DNA of 64,000 nt, taken from assembly GCA_963751445.1 (NCBI GenBank), contig CAVVUL010000008.1, positions 201,803-265,802 on the forward strand, given 5' to 3'. The position numbers and the translations under genes were made by a program. Below the pieces are notes generated by a model. That model ran no database searches. It was not told the DNA's origin and saw nothing but the letters and a program-made list of their open reading frames with translations. Positions 29,804 to 42,739 of the stretch are shown here, piece after piece. The DNA is from an uncultured Acidobacteriota bacterium. GTDB taxonomy: Bacteria > Acidobacteriota > Vicinamibacteria > Vicinamibacterales > SCN-69-37. Each line of letters begins with the position of its first letter. Within the stretch, counting starts at the first letter, position 1.

Positions 29804-30553
29804 GGACTTTCTTCATGTCGTCCCACACCTCGCGCTTGCGGTCGGGGCTGCGCAGCAGGTAGGCGGGGTGAAACGTCGGAATCAGACTCGCGCCGTGCCG
29901 GTACGGATGCACGTGGCCGCGGATGCGCGAGATCGGCGCATCGGTGCCGAGCAGCGCGTGCGCCGCGTGGGTCCCGAGCGCGACGATCACGCGCGGCTGG
30001 ATCGTGTCGATCTGCTGGAAGAGGAACGGCTGGCACGTCGCCACCTCGTCCGGCTCCGGATTGCGGTTGTTCGGCGGGCGGCACTTGATCACGTTGGCGA
30101 TGTAGACGTCGGCGCGCTCGAGCCCAATCGACTGGATGATCTTCGTCAGCAACTGGCCGGCGCGCCCGACAAACGGCTCGCCCTGCAGATCTTCGTCGGC
30201 GCCAGGCGCCTCGCCCACGAACATCAGCCGTGCGAGCGGATTGCCGGTGCCGAAGACGACCTTCGACCGCCCGAGCGTGTGCAGCTTGCACCGCGTGCAC
30301 ACGCCGATGTGGTCACGCAGCGCATCCAGCGCGGCGCCGGGGTCCTCCACCGGCGCCAGCGCGGCACGGGCTTCCTGGGACGCGCCGGCGGCCTCAGTCG
30401 CCGTCTCCGGGGCCGCATCAGGCTCCGCGGATGTCTCGGGCCCCGTGGCCTCCGCGCCGCGCGTCGCGCCAGCGCGGGATCGCGCGAGATGCCGCGCACG
30501 CCGAGTTCCTCGTAGAATTTCAGATGGTCGGCGATCTGGCGCGGGAGGCTCAT
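29778..30553 (-). CDS. uracil-DNA glycosylase, family 4; frame breaks at about 30360-30480
   Basis: C..C Fe-S Cys pattern (CTRCKLH), [30 protein letters not shown]. The N-terminal part [19 protein letters not shown] is in ORF 30224..30553. Confidence 0.8.
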
Positions 30554-31780
30554 CGGGCCCCGGCGTGAGCGGCGGGGACGTGGAGCAGCGCTTCGACGCG
30601 ATCGAGAATCGCGGTGGCCACCTCGGCCTTGGTCATCAGCGGCAGCGGGTCGGCCGCGTCCGCGGTGACGAGCGTGACCTGATTGGTCTCGACGTCAAAG
30701 CCCGACCCGGGCGCGGTGACGTCGTTCGCCACGATCAGGTCGACCGCTTGGTCACGCATTTCTGCCGCGCCGCCGGCACCGGGTCGCCGGTCTGCGCGGC
30801 GAATCCGACGAGGACCGGCCGGCGCCCGCCGCGCCTGGCGGCGCCGAGATCCGCGAGGATGTCGCGCGTCCGCTCCAGGTCGAGCGTGAGTCCGCCGGTC
30901 GTTCCGCTTCCCGATCTTGGCCTCGAGGGCGCCCGCCCGCGGCGTGAAATCCGCGACGGCCGCGGCCATGATGATCGCGTCGGCGCCCGGCGCCGCGGCC
31001 ATGACCGCGCCGTGCATGTCGCGCGCGCTGCGCACGCGCACGAGTTCGCCGACCTCGGGCGGATCGACCGGCGTCGGCCCGACGACGAGCGTCACGCTGG
31101 CGCCGCGCCGGGCGGCCTCGCGCGCGATGGCAAACCCCATCCGCCCACTCGACCGATTCCCGAGAAACCGCACGGGATCGAGATCTTCCATCGTCGGGCC
31201 GGCGGTCACGACGATCGCGCGCGGCCGGCGAGCGACGTGGCCGGCGCGAGCAGCATCCGATCGACCGCTTCGACAATGGCGTCCGGTTCGGCCAGGCGGC
31301 CCTTGCCGACCCAGCCGCACGCCAGGTAGCCGGATCCCGGGCTCCACGAAGCGCACGCCGCGCGCCGCGAGCGTGGCCACGTTGGCGGTCACGGCGGGAT
31401 GCTCCCACATGTTGGTGTTCATGGCCGGCGCCATCAGCACGGGCGCCTTGCAGGCCAGATAGAGGGACGACAGGAAGTCGTCGGCGATGCCGTGTCGCGA
31501 ACTTGCCGATGATGTTGGCCGTCGCCGGCGCGACGAGCAGGACGTCGAGGCTCGACGCGAGCGCGATGTGCTCGATGTCCGCGTTCATCCCGGGCGTGAA
31601 CTGCGACGTCAGCACGCGCTCGCGCGTGATGGCCTCGAAGGTCAGCGGCCCGACGAAGCGGCGCGCGTTGCGCGTGAGGATGGCCTGCACGCGATGGCCC
31701 CGCTGCTGGAGCAGGCGCGCGACTTCGACCGCCTTGTAGGCGCCGATGCCGCCGCTCACGCCGAGGCCGACGAACGCCAT
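30550..31780 (-). CDS. coaBC: bifunctional phosphopantothenoylcysteine decarboxylase/synthetase; several frame breaks
   Basis: [61 protein letters not shown]. Fragments lie in ORFs 30752..31780 and 30550..31440. ATGA overlap with the udg start. Confidence 0.85.
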
Positions 31781-31789
31781 GGGCCAGAC

Positions 31790-31984
31790 CTACTCGGCCG
31801 GCGGCGTGTCGGCGCGCGTCACCAGCCCGCGCGAGACTTCCTGCAACGCGCGGCGCGCCGGCTTGAGGGACCCTTCCACTTTGGGCACGCAGCCCTGCAA
31901 CAACTGGCGGGCCCGAGCCGCCGCAATCGTCACGAACTCGAACGAGTTCTCGGGCCGGACGGTGGCCTTCGATCGCTCTGTCAT
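31790..31984 (-). CDS. rpoZ: DNA-directed RNA polymerase subunit omega
   Basis: MTERSKATVRPENSFEFVTIAAARARQLLQG. AAGGAG lies 7 nt upstream of ATG 31984. Conserved gmk-rpoZ order. Confidence 0.75.
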   Translation of the reverse strand: MTERSKATVRPENSFEFVTIAAARARQLLQGCVPKVEGSLKPARRALQEVSRGLVTRADTPPAE

Positions 31985-32013
31985 CACTGCTCTCCTTGTC
32001 GTCGAAACGTCGC

Positions 32014-32618
<605 letters not shown>

Positions 32619-32629
<11 letters not shown>

Positions 32630-33514
32630 TCTGCACCTGCTCCCGCAGCCGCTCGAGTTCGGCCTTGGCCGCGATCACGGTCTCGGTGCCCCGCGATCCC
32701 TCGATCTTCGATCCAATCGTGTTGATCTCGCGATTCATCTCCTGCAGGAGGAAATCCAGCTTCCGGCCGCAGGGCTCCGGGCCCGTCGCCAGCCCCTGCC
32801 AATGCTGCACGTGGCCGCGCATCCGGACGATTTCCTCGTCCACGTCTGACCTGGCGGCGAACCGCACGATTTCCTGCGCCAGGGCGGCCGGGTCGCCGGC
32901 CAGATCCACCGGCAGTTCGGCCACGCGCTCCCGCAGCCGATCCACGAGCGCGCGCTGCCCGGCGTGCGCCAGCGCCTCCAGCTCGTCCACCAGTCCGGCC
33001 ATCGTCGTGAGGCGCATGTCCAGATCGGCTTCGAGGAACCGGCCCTCCGTTTCGCGCATCACGATCAGCGCGCGGATGGCGTCCTCCAGCGCCGTCGTCA
33101 CGAGGGCCGCCACGGCAGGCGCCACGCCGGCTCCGCCCGCGTCCGCCTTGGCCCTGATCTCGATCGCCTGCGGAATGCGCAGCACGTCGGAGGCCGTCAG
33201 GGTGCCGCTGACGCACGCCCTTGGCGCGCGCCGTCTCGATGACGCGCGAGACCTGCTCCAACAGCGCCTCGTCCAGCACGACCTCGCGCGGCGGCGGCGC
33301 CGTGTGTTCCACGCCCACCGACACCTCGACGCGCCCGCGCGTGAGCGTTGGCCTGCACGAGCCCTTTCAGGCCCGATTCCATCGACGCCAGCGACTGCGG
33401 CGCCTTGATCTGCATGTCCAGGAACCGGTGATTCACCGACTTGGCGGTCACGCTCACCCGCACCCCGGCCTCCTCACGGCTGACGGCGGCGAACCCGGTC
33501 ATGGAACGAATCAC
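32619..33514 (-). CDS. yicC: YicC family stress-induced protein; at least 2 frame breaks
   Basis: MIRSMTGFAAVS..KSVNHRFLDMQIK N-terminus and C-terminus ..DVDEEIVRMRGHVQHW..GRKLDFLLQEMNREINTIGSK.. Confidence 0.75.
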
Positions 33515-35275
33515 GATTGTGCCTCCTCGTCAGCGCCGGTTCCCGCTCGTCGAACGCCTGCAGCGCATACAGCCTGCGCGTACACGCCGTCAGGCCGTCC
33601 CACCAGTTCATCGTGCGTGCCGATTTCCGCGACGCGACCCTTCTCGAGCGCCACAATGAGGTCCGCCCGTCGCACGGTCGACAGCCGATGCGCGATCACG
33701 AACGTCGTGCGGTTCCGCATCAGGTTCGACAGGGCCTCCTGCACGAGCTTCTCCGATTCCGCGTCCAGCGCCGACGTGGCTTCATCCAGCACGAGCAGCG
33801 GCGAGTCCTTCAGGATCGCGCGCGCCATGGCCAGCCGCTGGCGCTGCCCGCCCGACAGGCGCTGCCCGCGCTCACCGATGCGGGCATCATAGCGCTCCGG
33901 CAGCTGCGTCACGAACTCCTCGGCATGGGCCGCGCGGGCGGCGGCCTCGATGCTGGCCGGCGCGGCGTCCGGCACGCCATACGCGATATTGGCAGCGATC
34001 GAGTCGTCGAAGAGCACGGTCTCCTGCGTCACCAGCGCGGTTTGGCGCCGCAGCGACGCCAGCGACACCTCCCGGACGTCCACGCCGTCAATCAGGAGCG
34101 CGCCTTCGGTGACGTCATAGAACCGCGGAATCAGGTTGACCAGCGTCGTCTTGCCGGCGCCGCTAAGCCCGACGATCGCGACGACCTGCCCGGCGCGGAC
34201 GCTGAACGACACATGGCGCAGGATGAACCGATCGGGTTCGTCGTCGTAGGCAAACCCCACGTCGCGGAATTCGACGCGATCGCGCACCGGCGCCAGGGCC
34301 GGCGCGCCGGGCTTGTCCCGCACCTCGCTATGCGTGTCGAGCATCTCGAAGATGCGCTGGGCCGCCGCGATCGCCTGCTGCAGCGAGGCGTTGACGCGGC
34401 TGAGTTTCTTGATCGGCCCGTACATCATGAACGCCGCCGTCAGAAACGCCGAGAAGGCCCCGGGCGTCAGCTCCCCCGCCTTAATGCGTTTGGACCCGTA
34501 CCAGATGGCGGCCACCGCCGCCAGGCCGCCGATGAACTCCATCGTGGGCGGCAGGGCGGACAGGGCGCTCGTGATCTTCATGTTCGTGCGGTAGAGCAGC
34601 TGCGTCGCCCGGTTGAAGCGCTCGCCTTCCCGCGCTTCCGCGCCGAAGGCCTTGACGATGCGATGGCCCGCCAGCGCTTCGGTCGCGATGTGGGTCACAT
34701 GCTCGAGTTCCTCCTGCCCCCGCCGCGACGTCCGCCGCACGCGCTGCCCCAGGCGCACGAGCGGATACACCATGAGCGGCGCGGCCGTCATGCAGACCAG
34801 GGCCAGATTCCAGTCGAGGTAGAACAGCGCGCCGGCGAAGCCGACCACCGACAGCGACTCCCGCACCAGGTCCGCCACGCGTCTCGGAGACCACGCCCTG
34901 GACCTGGTTGACGTCGTTGGTGATGCGGGAGACGAACTGACCGGAGGTGCGGCGCGCAAAGAACGCGGCCGACTGGTCGAGGGTGTGCCGGAACAGCCGG
35001 TTCCGCAGGTCGCGGACCACGCGCTGGCCGACATCGGCCATCAGGAAGCCCGAGGCGTAGCCGCCCACGCCCTTCGCGAAGTACGCGAGCAGAATCAGTC
35101 GCCGCCAAGCAGGCCGACATCCTCGATCTTTGGCAGCACCTTGTCGAAGATCGGCTGGATGAGCAGCGCGAGGCCGGACTGAGCCGGCGGCGTACACCAC
35201 CATCGCGCCGAGCGCGACGAGGATGCCGACCGCGGTAAGGGCGCGCGTAGTAAGTAGGCGTCTGAACTCGTTCAC
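33511..35275 (-). CDS. ABC transporter permease/ATPase fusion, MsbA/PglK-like exporter; several frame breaks in the TMD half
   Basis: Walker A GLSGAGKTTLVNLI, signature LSGGQRQRLAMARAIL, Walker B LLVLDEATSALD, H-loop TFVIAHRLST. The N-terminal six-TM domain is split over three frames. The GTG start overlaps the GT2 stop (GTGA). Confidence 0.8.
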
Positions 35276-35980
35276 TCCGTGAACCGGTACTTAGCAACAC
35301 CCAGATGGCGACGATCCCGTCGCGCCACGTGATCTTCTTGCCGTCCTCGTACCCGCGCCCGTCGTAGGTAATGGGCACTTCGTACCACGCGGTAGCCGCG
35401 CTTGAACACTTTGGCCGTGATCTCCGGCTCGATGCCGAACCCGTTCGACCGGAGCGTGAACGACCGCAGGACGTCGACCCGCATCGCTTTGTAGCACGTT
35501 TCCATGTCCGACAGCATCGTGTTGTAGAGCACGTTCGTCAGCAGGGTCAGCACCCAGTTTCCGGCGTAGTGGGAGAACAGGAACACCCGGTGCCGGCCCA
35601 GGAAGCGCGACCCGTACACGACATCGGCGCGCCCCTGGCAAATCAAGGACGTCAGATCCGGCAGTTCTTCCGGCGATACTCCAGATCGGCATCCTGGATC
35701 GCGACCAGGTCGCCGGTCACCTCCTGGAAGCCGCGCCGCAGCGCGGACCCCTTCCGCCGTTCTGCGGCTGCAGAATCAGTTTGATCGGCCGTGTCGCGGC
35801 CAATCGCTGCAGGATCTCGCGCGTGCCGTCGGTGGACCCGTCATCGACGACGATCAGTTCCGTCCGCATCGGCACGGCCAGCACGCGCGTGATGATCTCC
35901 TCGATCGTCGCCCGTTCGTTGAACACGGGCATGACGACGGACAGGAGGGGATCGGCCAGGGCGCCTTGGATGCGTGACAT
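35272..35980 (-). CDS. glycosyltransferase family 2 (polyprenyl-phosphate sugar synthase-like); at least 3 frame breaks
   Basis: [35 protein letters not shown], ..IQDADLEY.., VVYGSRFLG, ..[21 protein letters not shown].. Confidence 0.7.
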
Positions 35981-35988
35981 CTGGGAGC

Positions 35989-37009
35989 TTAGTCCGCGTA
36001 GCCGTTCGGCATGCGTTCGTGCCACCGCCAGGCGGTCTGCACAATCGTATCGAGGTCACCCAGCTTCAGCGCCCAGCCCAGGTCGCGGCGGGCCGCGGCG
36101 CTCGACGCCACGAGCCGCGCCGGATCGCCGGCGCGCCGGGGCCCAATCGAATGCGGGACGGGCCGGCCGGACACCCGCGCCGACCGAGTCGACGACCTGC
36201 TTCACGGACATGCCGGTGCCGCTCCCGAGATTGTAGAAGCCCGACGGCCCGCCGGCTTCGAGCCTGGCCAGCGACGCCAGATGCGCGTCCGCCAGGTCGC
36301 AGACGTGCACGTAGTCGCGCACGCAGGTGCCGTCGGGCGTGTCGTAGTCCTGCCAAAGATCGTCAGCGGCTTGCCGCCCCGCGCCGCCGCAATCGCCAGC
36401 GGAATCAGGTGCTCTTCCGGGCCGGTGATCCTCGCCAATCAGGCCGTCGGGATCCGCACCCGCGGCGTTGAAATACCGCAGCGCGATCGCACCGAATGCC
36501 CGGTGGCGCGCTCGACGTGCGGCAGCGCGCGTTCGACGGCCAGTTTCGTTTCGCCGTACGCGTTGATCGGCCGCTGCGGGTGCGTTTCGTCGATGGGCAC
36601 CGTCACCGGCTCGCCGAACGTCGCGCACGTGGAGGAGAAGACGAAGCGCCTGCACGCCGCCTCCGCCATCGCCTCCATCACGCTAAGCGTGCCGGCCACG
36701 TTGTCGCGGTAGTACCCGAGTGGCTCGCGGACGGACTCGCGCCACCAGCAGCCGCGCCGCGAAGTGCATGACGGCCGATCGCGCCCGACGCTCTTCAGGG
36801 CGTCGCGCACGCGCGGCGATATCGGCGATGTCGCCGCGCACCAGCGAGATCGACCGTGCGGGAAACGCCGCCGCGAGACGCTCCACCGCCTCGGCGTGAC
36901 CCGCCGACAGGTCGTCGTAGACCACGACGTCGTAGCCGGCCGCGGCCAGCGCCTTCACCGCGTGGCTGCCGACATAGCCGGCGCCGCCGGTGACGAGGAC
37001 GGTGCTCAT
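35989..37009 (-). CDS. galE: UDP-glucose 4-epimerase; at least 4 frame breaks
   Basis: [40 protein letters not shown] (YxxxK), [26 protein letters not shown] overlap with the ugd stop. Confidence 0.8.
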
Positions 37010-38310
37010 GCGCGCCCGATCGACTGGTAGGTGAAGCCCAGCCCCCGCATCTGGCGCGGCGTGTAGATATTGCGGCCGTCGAAGATCACCGGCTGCTTCA
37101 TCAGCCGCTTGATCTTCGTGAAGTCGGGCTCGCGGAACTCGTTCCACTCCGTGACGACAGCAGCGCGTCGGCGCCCTTGCAGCGCGTCGTAGGCATTGCG
37201 CGCGTAGGTGATCTTCGAGCCGAAGATCGCCTTCGCCGACTCGCGCGCCTCCGGATCGTACGCGCGCACCTTGCCGCCGCGCGCCAGGATGCCCTGGATG
37301 ATCGGAATCGCGGGCGCCTCGCGCATGTCGTCCGTCCGCGGCTTGAACGCCAGGCCCCAGACGGCGATGGTCTTGCCCTTCAGCGACTTGCCGAAGTGCT
37401 CGTCGAGCCGCGACAGCAATCGCAGCTTCTGCGCCTCGTTGACCGCTTCGACGGCCTCGAGGATGCGGAAGCGGTACTTCTTGTCCGCGCGCGAACTTGA
37501 CGATCGCCTTGACGTCCTTCGGGAAACAGCTCCCGCCGTAGCCGATGCCGGGAAACAGGAACGCCGGGCCGATGCGCCGATCCGACGCGATCGCCTGCCG
37601 CACCTTGTCGGCGTCGGCGCCGAAGCGCTCGCAGACGTTCGCGATTTCGTTCATGAAGGAAATGCGCGTCGCGAGCATGGCGTTCGCCGCGTACTTGCAG
37701 ACCTCGGCGCTCGTGCGGTCCATCACCATGATGGGCGCGCCCGTCCGGGTGAACGGCCTGTACAGATCGACCATGATGGCCGCCGCGCGCTCGTCGTTCG
37801 CGCCAATGACCACGCGATCGGGCTTCAGGAAGTCTTCGACCGCGGCGCCCTGCTTCAGGAACTCCGGATTGCTGACCACGCTGAACGGGTGCGTGGTCTC
37901 GCGGCCGGATGGTCTCGCGCACCAGTTCGGCCGTGCCCGCCGGCACGGTGCTCTTGTCGACGATGACCTTGTAGCCGTTCATGGCCCGGCCGATCTCGCG
38001 GGCCGCGGCCAGGACGTGCTGGAGGTCGGCGGAACCGTCCTCGCCCGTGGGCGTGCCGACGGCAATGAAGATGACCTCGGCCTTCTTCACCGAGTCCCGG
38101 AGCGTGGTCGTGAAGGCGAGGCGCTTTTCGTGGTGGTTGCGCCGGACCAACTCCTCGAGGCCCGGCTCGTAGATGGGAATCCGGCCGCGGTTGAGCATGC
38201 CGGATCTTGGCGGCGTCCCGGTCGACGCAGATGACCTCATTGCCGGTTTCCGCAAAACAGGCCCCGACGACGAGCCCGACATAGCCAGTACCGATGACCG
38301 CGATCTTCAT
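37006..38310 (-). CDS. ugd: UDP-glucose 6-dehydrogenase; at least 4 frame breaks
   Basis: [46 protein letters not shown] (catalytic Cys), [18 protein letters not shown]. Confidence 0.85.
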
Positions 38311-38471
38311 AGCCCTCTCCCGCCTCCCGGCGAAAACTCCTCACACTAGCACGCGCTGAAAACGCTAGTCAACCGATTCATTATCAAGGAGTTGCAGCCT
38401 ACACGCGGGTCCGCCTGGCCCGCGAGGAGGCGCCCAACGGCCTGCGTGATAGCATCCGGCGGGTTTCGCCC

Positions 38472-39616
38472 GTGCGGATTTTGCTCGACTATCGGCCCGC
38501 GCTGCGCCAGCGGACAGGCGTCGGCGAATACGTCCACGAGCTGGCACGGGCGCTCGTGGTCACGGCGACGGTGCGCCGGCGTCCGGGTACAGAGGAACTC
38601 GACCTGTTTTCGGCGTCCTGGAAGGACCGGCTCGATCCGGCGGTCGTGCCCGGCCCGGCGGTGCTGGACCGGGCGACCCGGTGCCGCCTGCTCAATTTCG
38701 CCTGGCACCGCCTCGGATGGCCGCCCGTCGAACTGCCTCGCCGGCGCGAGGGTTCGACGTGGTGCAGTCCTTCCACCCCCTGCTGATTCCCAGCGCGTCG
38801 GCGGCGCAGGTCGTCACGATTCACGACCTCGACTTCCTCGATCACCCGGAGCGGACGCGCGGCGAAATCCGGCGCGACTACCCGTCGCTGGCGCGGTCCC
38901 CATGCCGGCGGGCCGACCACGTCGTCGTGAACTCGCACACGACCGCGGCCGATGTGGAACGGCGACTGGGCGTGCGGCTGAGTCGCGCATCACGGTCTGC
39001 ACGCCGGGCGCGCCGCCTGGCGCGCCGCGCATCAGGAACCGGCGGACGGCGTCATGCTGTTCCTCGGCACGCTCGAGCCGCGCAAGAATCTCGGCGTGCT
39101 GCTCGACGCCTACGAGCGGCTGTTGCCTCCGCCGCCCGCACGCCCCGCGCTGGTGCTGGCCGGCGCCGGCGGACGCCTGACGCCGCCGGGCTGCTGGCGC
39201 GCGCGAGCCGCGCCGCCACTCGCCGGCGCGCGTCGAGCTGACCGGCTACGTGGACGACGACGCAGCGGCAGGCGCTCTTCCGCCGTGCGCTCGTCTTCGT
39301 CATGCCGTCGCACACGGAAGGCTTCGGCATGCCGGTCCTCGAAGCGATGACGGTGGCGTGCCGGTGATCGTCGCCAATCGCGGCGCGCTGCCCGAAGTGG
39401 CGGGCGACGCCGGCCGGCTGCTTCGAGCCGGATGATGCCGACGCGCTGGCCGATGCTTGGCGGCCATTCACTGGACCCCGCCGCGCGCCAGGCGCATGCG
39501 CGAGCGCGGGCTGGCAGCGGTCGCGCAGTGTACGACTGGCGGGCGTCGGCGACAGCGACTCCGACAGGCCTGGGCTCGCGCGATTCGACGCACGCGGCAA
39601 GAGCGCGCATGGCTGA
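38472..39616 (+). CDS. glycosyltransferase family 4 (GT-B), no. 1; multiple frame breaks
   Basis: MRILLDYRPALRQRTGVGEYV.., VVTIHDLDFL, FLGTLEPRKN, MPSHTEGFGMPVLEAM..GVPVIVANRGALPEV. The reconstructed stop overlaps the next start. Confidence 0.7.
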
Positions 39617-40743
39617 TCGCGCCCTCCACGATCGCCATCGACGGGCGCGAACTGGTCGGCCGGCCCACCGGCGTGGGCCGCTACCTGTTGGAGCTCATGC
39701 GCGCGATGGGCGTCGCGATCCGCGCGGTCACCACTTCACCGTCGTCGTGCCGCGGAGCCAGCGCCGAGACGCCTCGCGCTCGGTGCCGCGTGTCCGCTGG
39801 TGCGTCGAGCCGGCCGCGGTCGCCGGCACGCGGTGGGAGCAGATGCGATTGCCGCGCGCGCCTTCGGGCGCGAGCGTCCGACGTCCTCTTTGCCGCCGGG
39901 TACACGGCGCCGCTGCTGGCGCGCCTGCCCGTTCGTGGTGGTCGATCCACGATGTGTCGCTACTTCGCGCATCCGGAATGGTTCGGGTGGCGCGAGGGCG
40001 TGCGCCGCCGCTGGCTGACGCGCGCGGCCGCTCGCCGCGCCAGCACGCGTGGTGACCGTCTCGGAGTTTTCGAGCGCCGAAATCGTGCGGCATCTCGGCG
40101 TGCGCCGAGCGCATCGTCATCGCGCCGCCGGGGCGCCGCCAGGGTCGCGCCGGTCGCCGACAGGCGCCGCAGGACTGAACCCGGCGCCCGGCGAGCCCCT
40201 CGTCCTCTTCGTCGGCTCGCTCTTCAATCGCCGCCACATTCCCGAGCTGCTGCAAGGCTTCGCGCTGGCCGCCGCGCGGGTGCGCCGACGCGCGGCTGGT
40301 GCTCGTCGGCGACAACCGCACGTCGCCCCGCCTCGACCCGCGCGGCGATGGCCGCGGAGTTCGGCGTCGCCGATCGCGTCGAATGGCGCGAGTACGTCGA
40401 GCGACGACGAACTCGAGGCGCTGTACCGGCGGCCCGCGTGTTCGTGTTCCTGTCGGATTACGAAGGCTTCGCGATGACGCCGCTCGAGGCGATCGCGCAC
40501 GGCGTGCCGCGCCGTGCTGCTCGACACCCCGGTCGCCGGGAGGTCTACGGCGGGGGCGCGGTGCGCGTGCCGCCCGATGCCGGCGGCCATCGCTGACGCC
40601 ATCTGCGCGCTGCTCGACGATCGACGCGGCCCATGCGGCGCCTCGCTGGGGGCCGGGCGCACGCGCTCGGCGACCTTCTCCTGGGCCCGCTCGGCCGCGC
40701 CGTCGCTGCTCGCACGTGCGCTCGAACGAGGCGGTCACGATGA
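39609..40743 (+). CDS. glycosyltransferase family 4 (GT-B), no. 2; multiple frame breaks
   Basis: ..IAIDGRELVGRPTGVGRYLLEL, VTVSEFSSAEI, LFVGSLFNRRHIPELL, FLSDYEGFAMTPLEAIAHGVP. The reconstructed stop overlaps the next ATG as ATGA. Confidence 0.7.
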
Positions 40744-41591
40744 ACGCGTCCGTCGACATCATCATCGTGAACCACAACACACGCGACGGAACTCGACGGC
40801 GTGCCTGCGGTCGCTGCACGACGCCGGCCGGACGCCGTCTGGCGCGCATCATCGTGGTCGACAACGCCTCGACGCGACGGCAGCGTCGAAATGGTGCGGC
40901 GCGCGTGGCCATCCGTGCACGCGTGATCGCGCTCGATCGCAACGTCGGGTTCGGCGCGGCGAACAACGTCGCGCATCCGGCGTCTGCCAGGCGCCATGGG
41001 TGTTGCTCCTCAACAGCGACACCGTGGTGCCGGCGGGCGCGATCGACACGCTGCACGCTCGGCTGATCGCGCGCGGCGTCGTCGCGGCCGGGCCGCGACT
41101 CGTCGATGACCGAGGGCGTGCCCGAAATCTCCTTTGGTCCGATGCTCACGCCGTGTCGCGAGTTCCAGCAGCGGACGCGCATGCGCCGGGCCAGGAGCGC
41201 GGTCAGCCGCTGCGCCCGCGGCGTGGACGCGCCGGCTACCTCGCCGACGAGCGGCTCGTCGACTGGGTCACCGGCGCGTGCCTGCTGCTCCGCGCGCGAC
41301 GGCGCTCGAGGCTGCCGGCTGCTTCGACGAACGCTATTTCATGTACGAGGAGGACGTGGACTTGTGCGCCGCGCTGCGCGCGCGCGGCGGCGCGGATTCT
41401 TTTCACGCCGGCGGCCGAGGTCGTCCACCTGCGCGGCCGGTCGGGTCGCGGCGCCAGCCGGCCGACCTCGGGCCGGCCGGTCGTCGCACTATGACCGCAG
41501 CCACCTCGCGTTCTACGAGAAACACGCGCCGGGCTGGGCGCCGCTGGCTGCGGCTCTGGCTGCGTCTGCGCGGCCGCGCGCCATTCGATAA
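40740..41591 (+). CDS. glycosyltransferase family 2; multiple frame breaks
   Basis: MNASVDIIIVNHNTR, VVDNAS.DGSVEMVRRAWP, ALDRNVGFGAANN, LLLNSDTVV, YEEDVDLC. 3' end uncertain. Confidence 0.65.
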
Positions 41592-41613
41592 GATCGCCAG
41601 GCGGTCCAATATC

Positions 41614-42717
41614 GTGCGCATAGCCATCGACGCCCGCAAGCTTCACGACTACGGCATCGGCACCTACGTCCGCAATCTGGTCCGCGAGCTGGCGCGGCAG
41701 GACGACGACACCGAGTACGTGCTGCTGTGCGCGCCGGCGGACGTCGATGCGCTCGAGGGCGCTCGGCCCGCGGTTCCGGCCGGTCGTCGGAGCGCGCCGG
41801 CAACTACTCGCGTGCGCGAGCAGATCGGCATTCCCTGGCCGTCGCGCGCGCCGGGTGGACCTGTTCCACGCGCCGCACTACGTCGTGCCGCCGCTATCAC
41901 CCGGCCGTATCGTCGTCACGATCCACGACTGCATCCACCTGCGGTTCCCGCAGTACTGCCGAATCGCGGCGCGCTCGCCTACGCGCGAGACCATGATGCG
42001 GTCCGCCGCGCGTCGCGTCGCGCCGCGTGCTGACGGTGTCGCAGGCCTCGAAGGACGACATCCTGCACTACCTGAAGGCGCGCCGGCCGACAAGGTCGAG
42101 GTCATCTACAACGCGCTCGACGAGCGGCTCGCGGCGACACCGACGGCCGAGGCGATCGGTCACGTGCGCGAGCGATTCCAGCTCGACCTCGCCGTTCATG
42201 CTCTATACGGGGAACATCAAGCCGCACAAGAACGTGGACCGGCTGATCGAGGCGTTCTCGATCCTCCGGCGCGAAGGGCTCGAGGACGTCAAGCTCCTCA
42301 TCATCGGCGACGAGATCTCCAAGTACCCGAACCTGCGCCGCCTCGTGCACCGGCTTCAGCTGCACCAGCACGTGCGGTTCCTCGGGTTCGTGCCCGACGC
42401 GACGCTGGCGGTGCTGTACCGGCTGGCGTCGGTGTTCGTGTTCCCGTCGCTGTACGAAGGGTTCGGGCTGCCGCCGCTCGAGGCGATGGCGGCCGGCGCG
42501 CCCGGTCATCACGTCCAACGTGTCGTCGCTGCCCGAGGTCGTCGGCGACGCCGCCATGCTGGTCGATCCGATGGATGCCGGCGCGATCGCCGACGCCATG
42601 GCCCGCGTGCTCGGCGACCCGGCGGCTGCGCGACGAGCTCGTCCGGCGCGGGCTCGAGCGGGTCAAGGCGTTCTCGTGGGAGCGGTCGGTCGCGCGGGTC
42701 CGGCAGGTGTACGGTGA
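41614..42717 (+). CDS. glycosyltransferase family 4 (GT-B), no. 3; multiple frame breaks, 3' end uncertain
   Basis: (V)[99 protein letters not shown]. Confidence 0.7.
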
Positions 42718-42739
42718 GACTCGTCAGGACGCCGCGCGC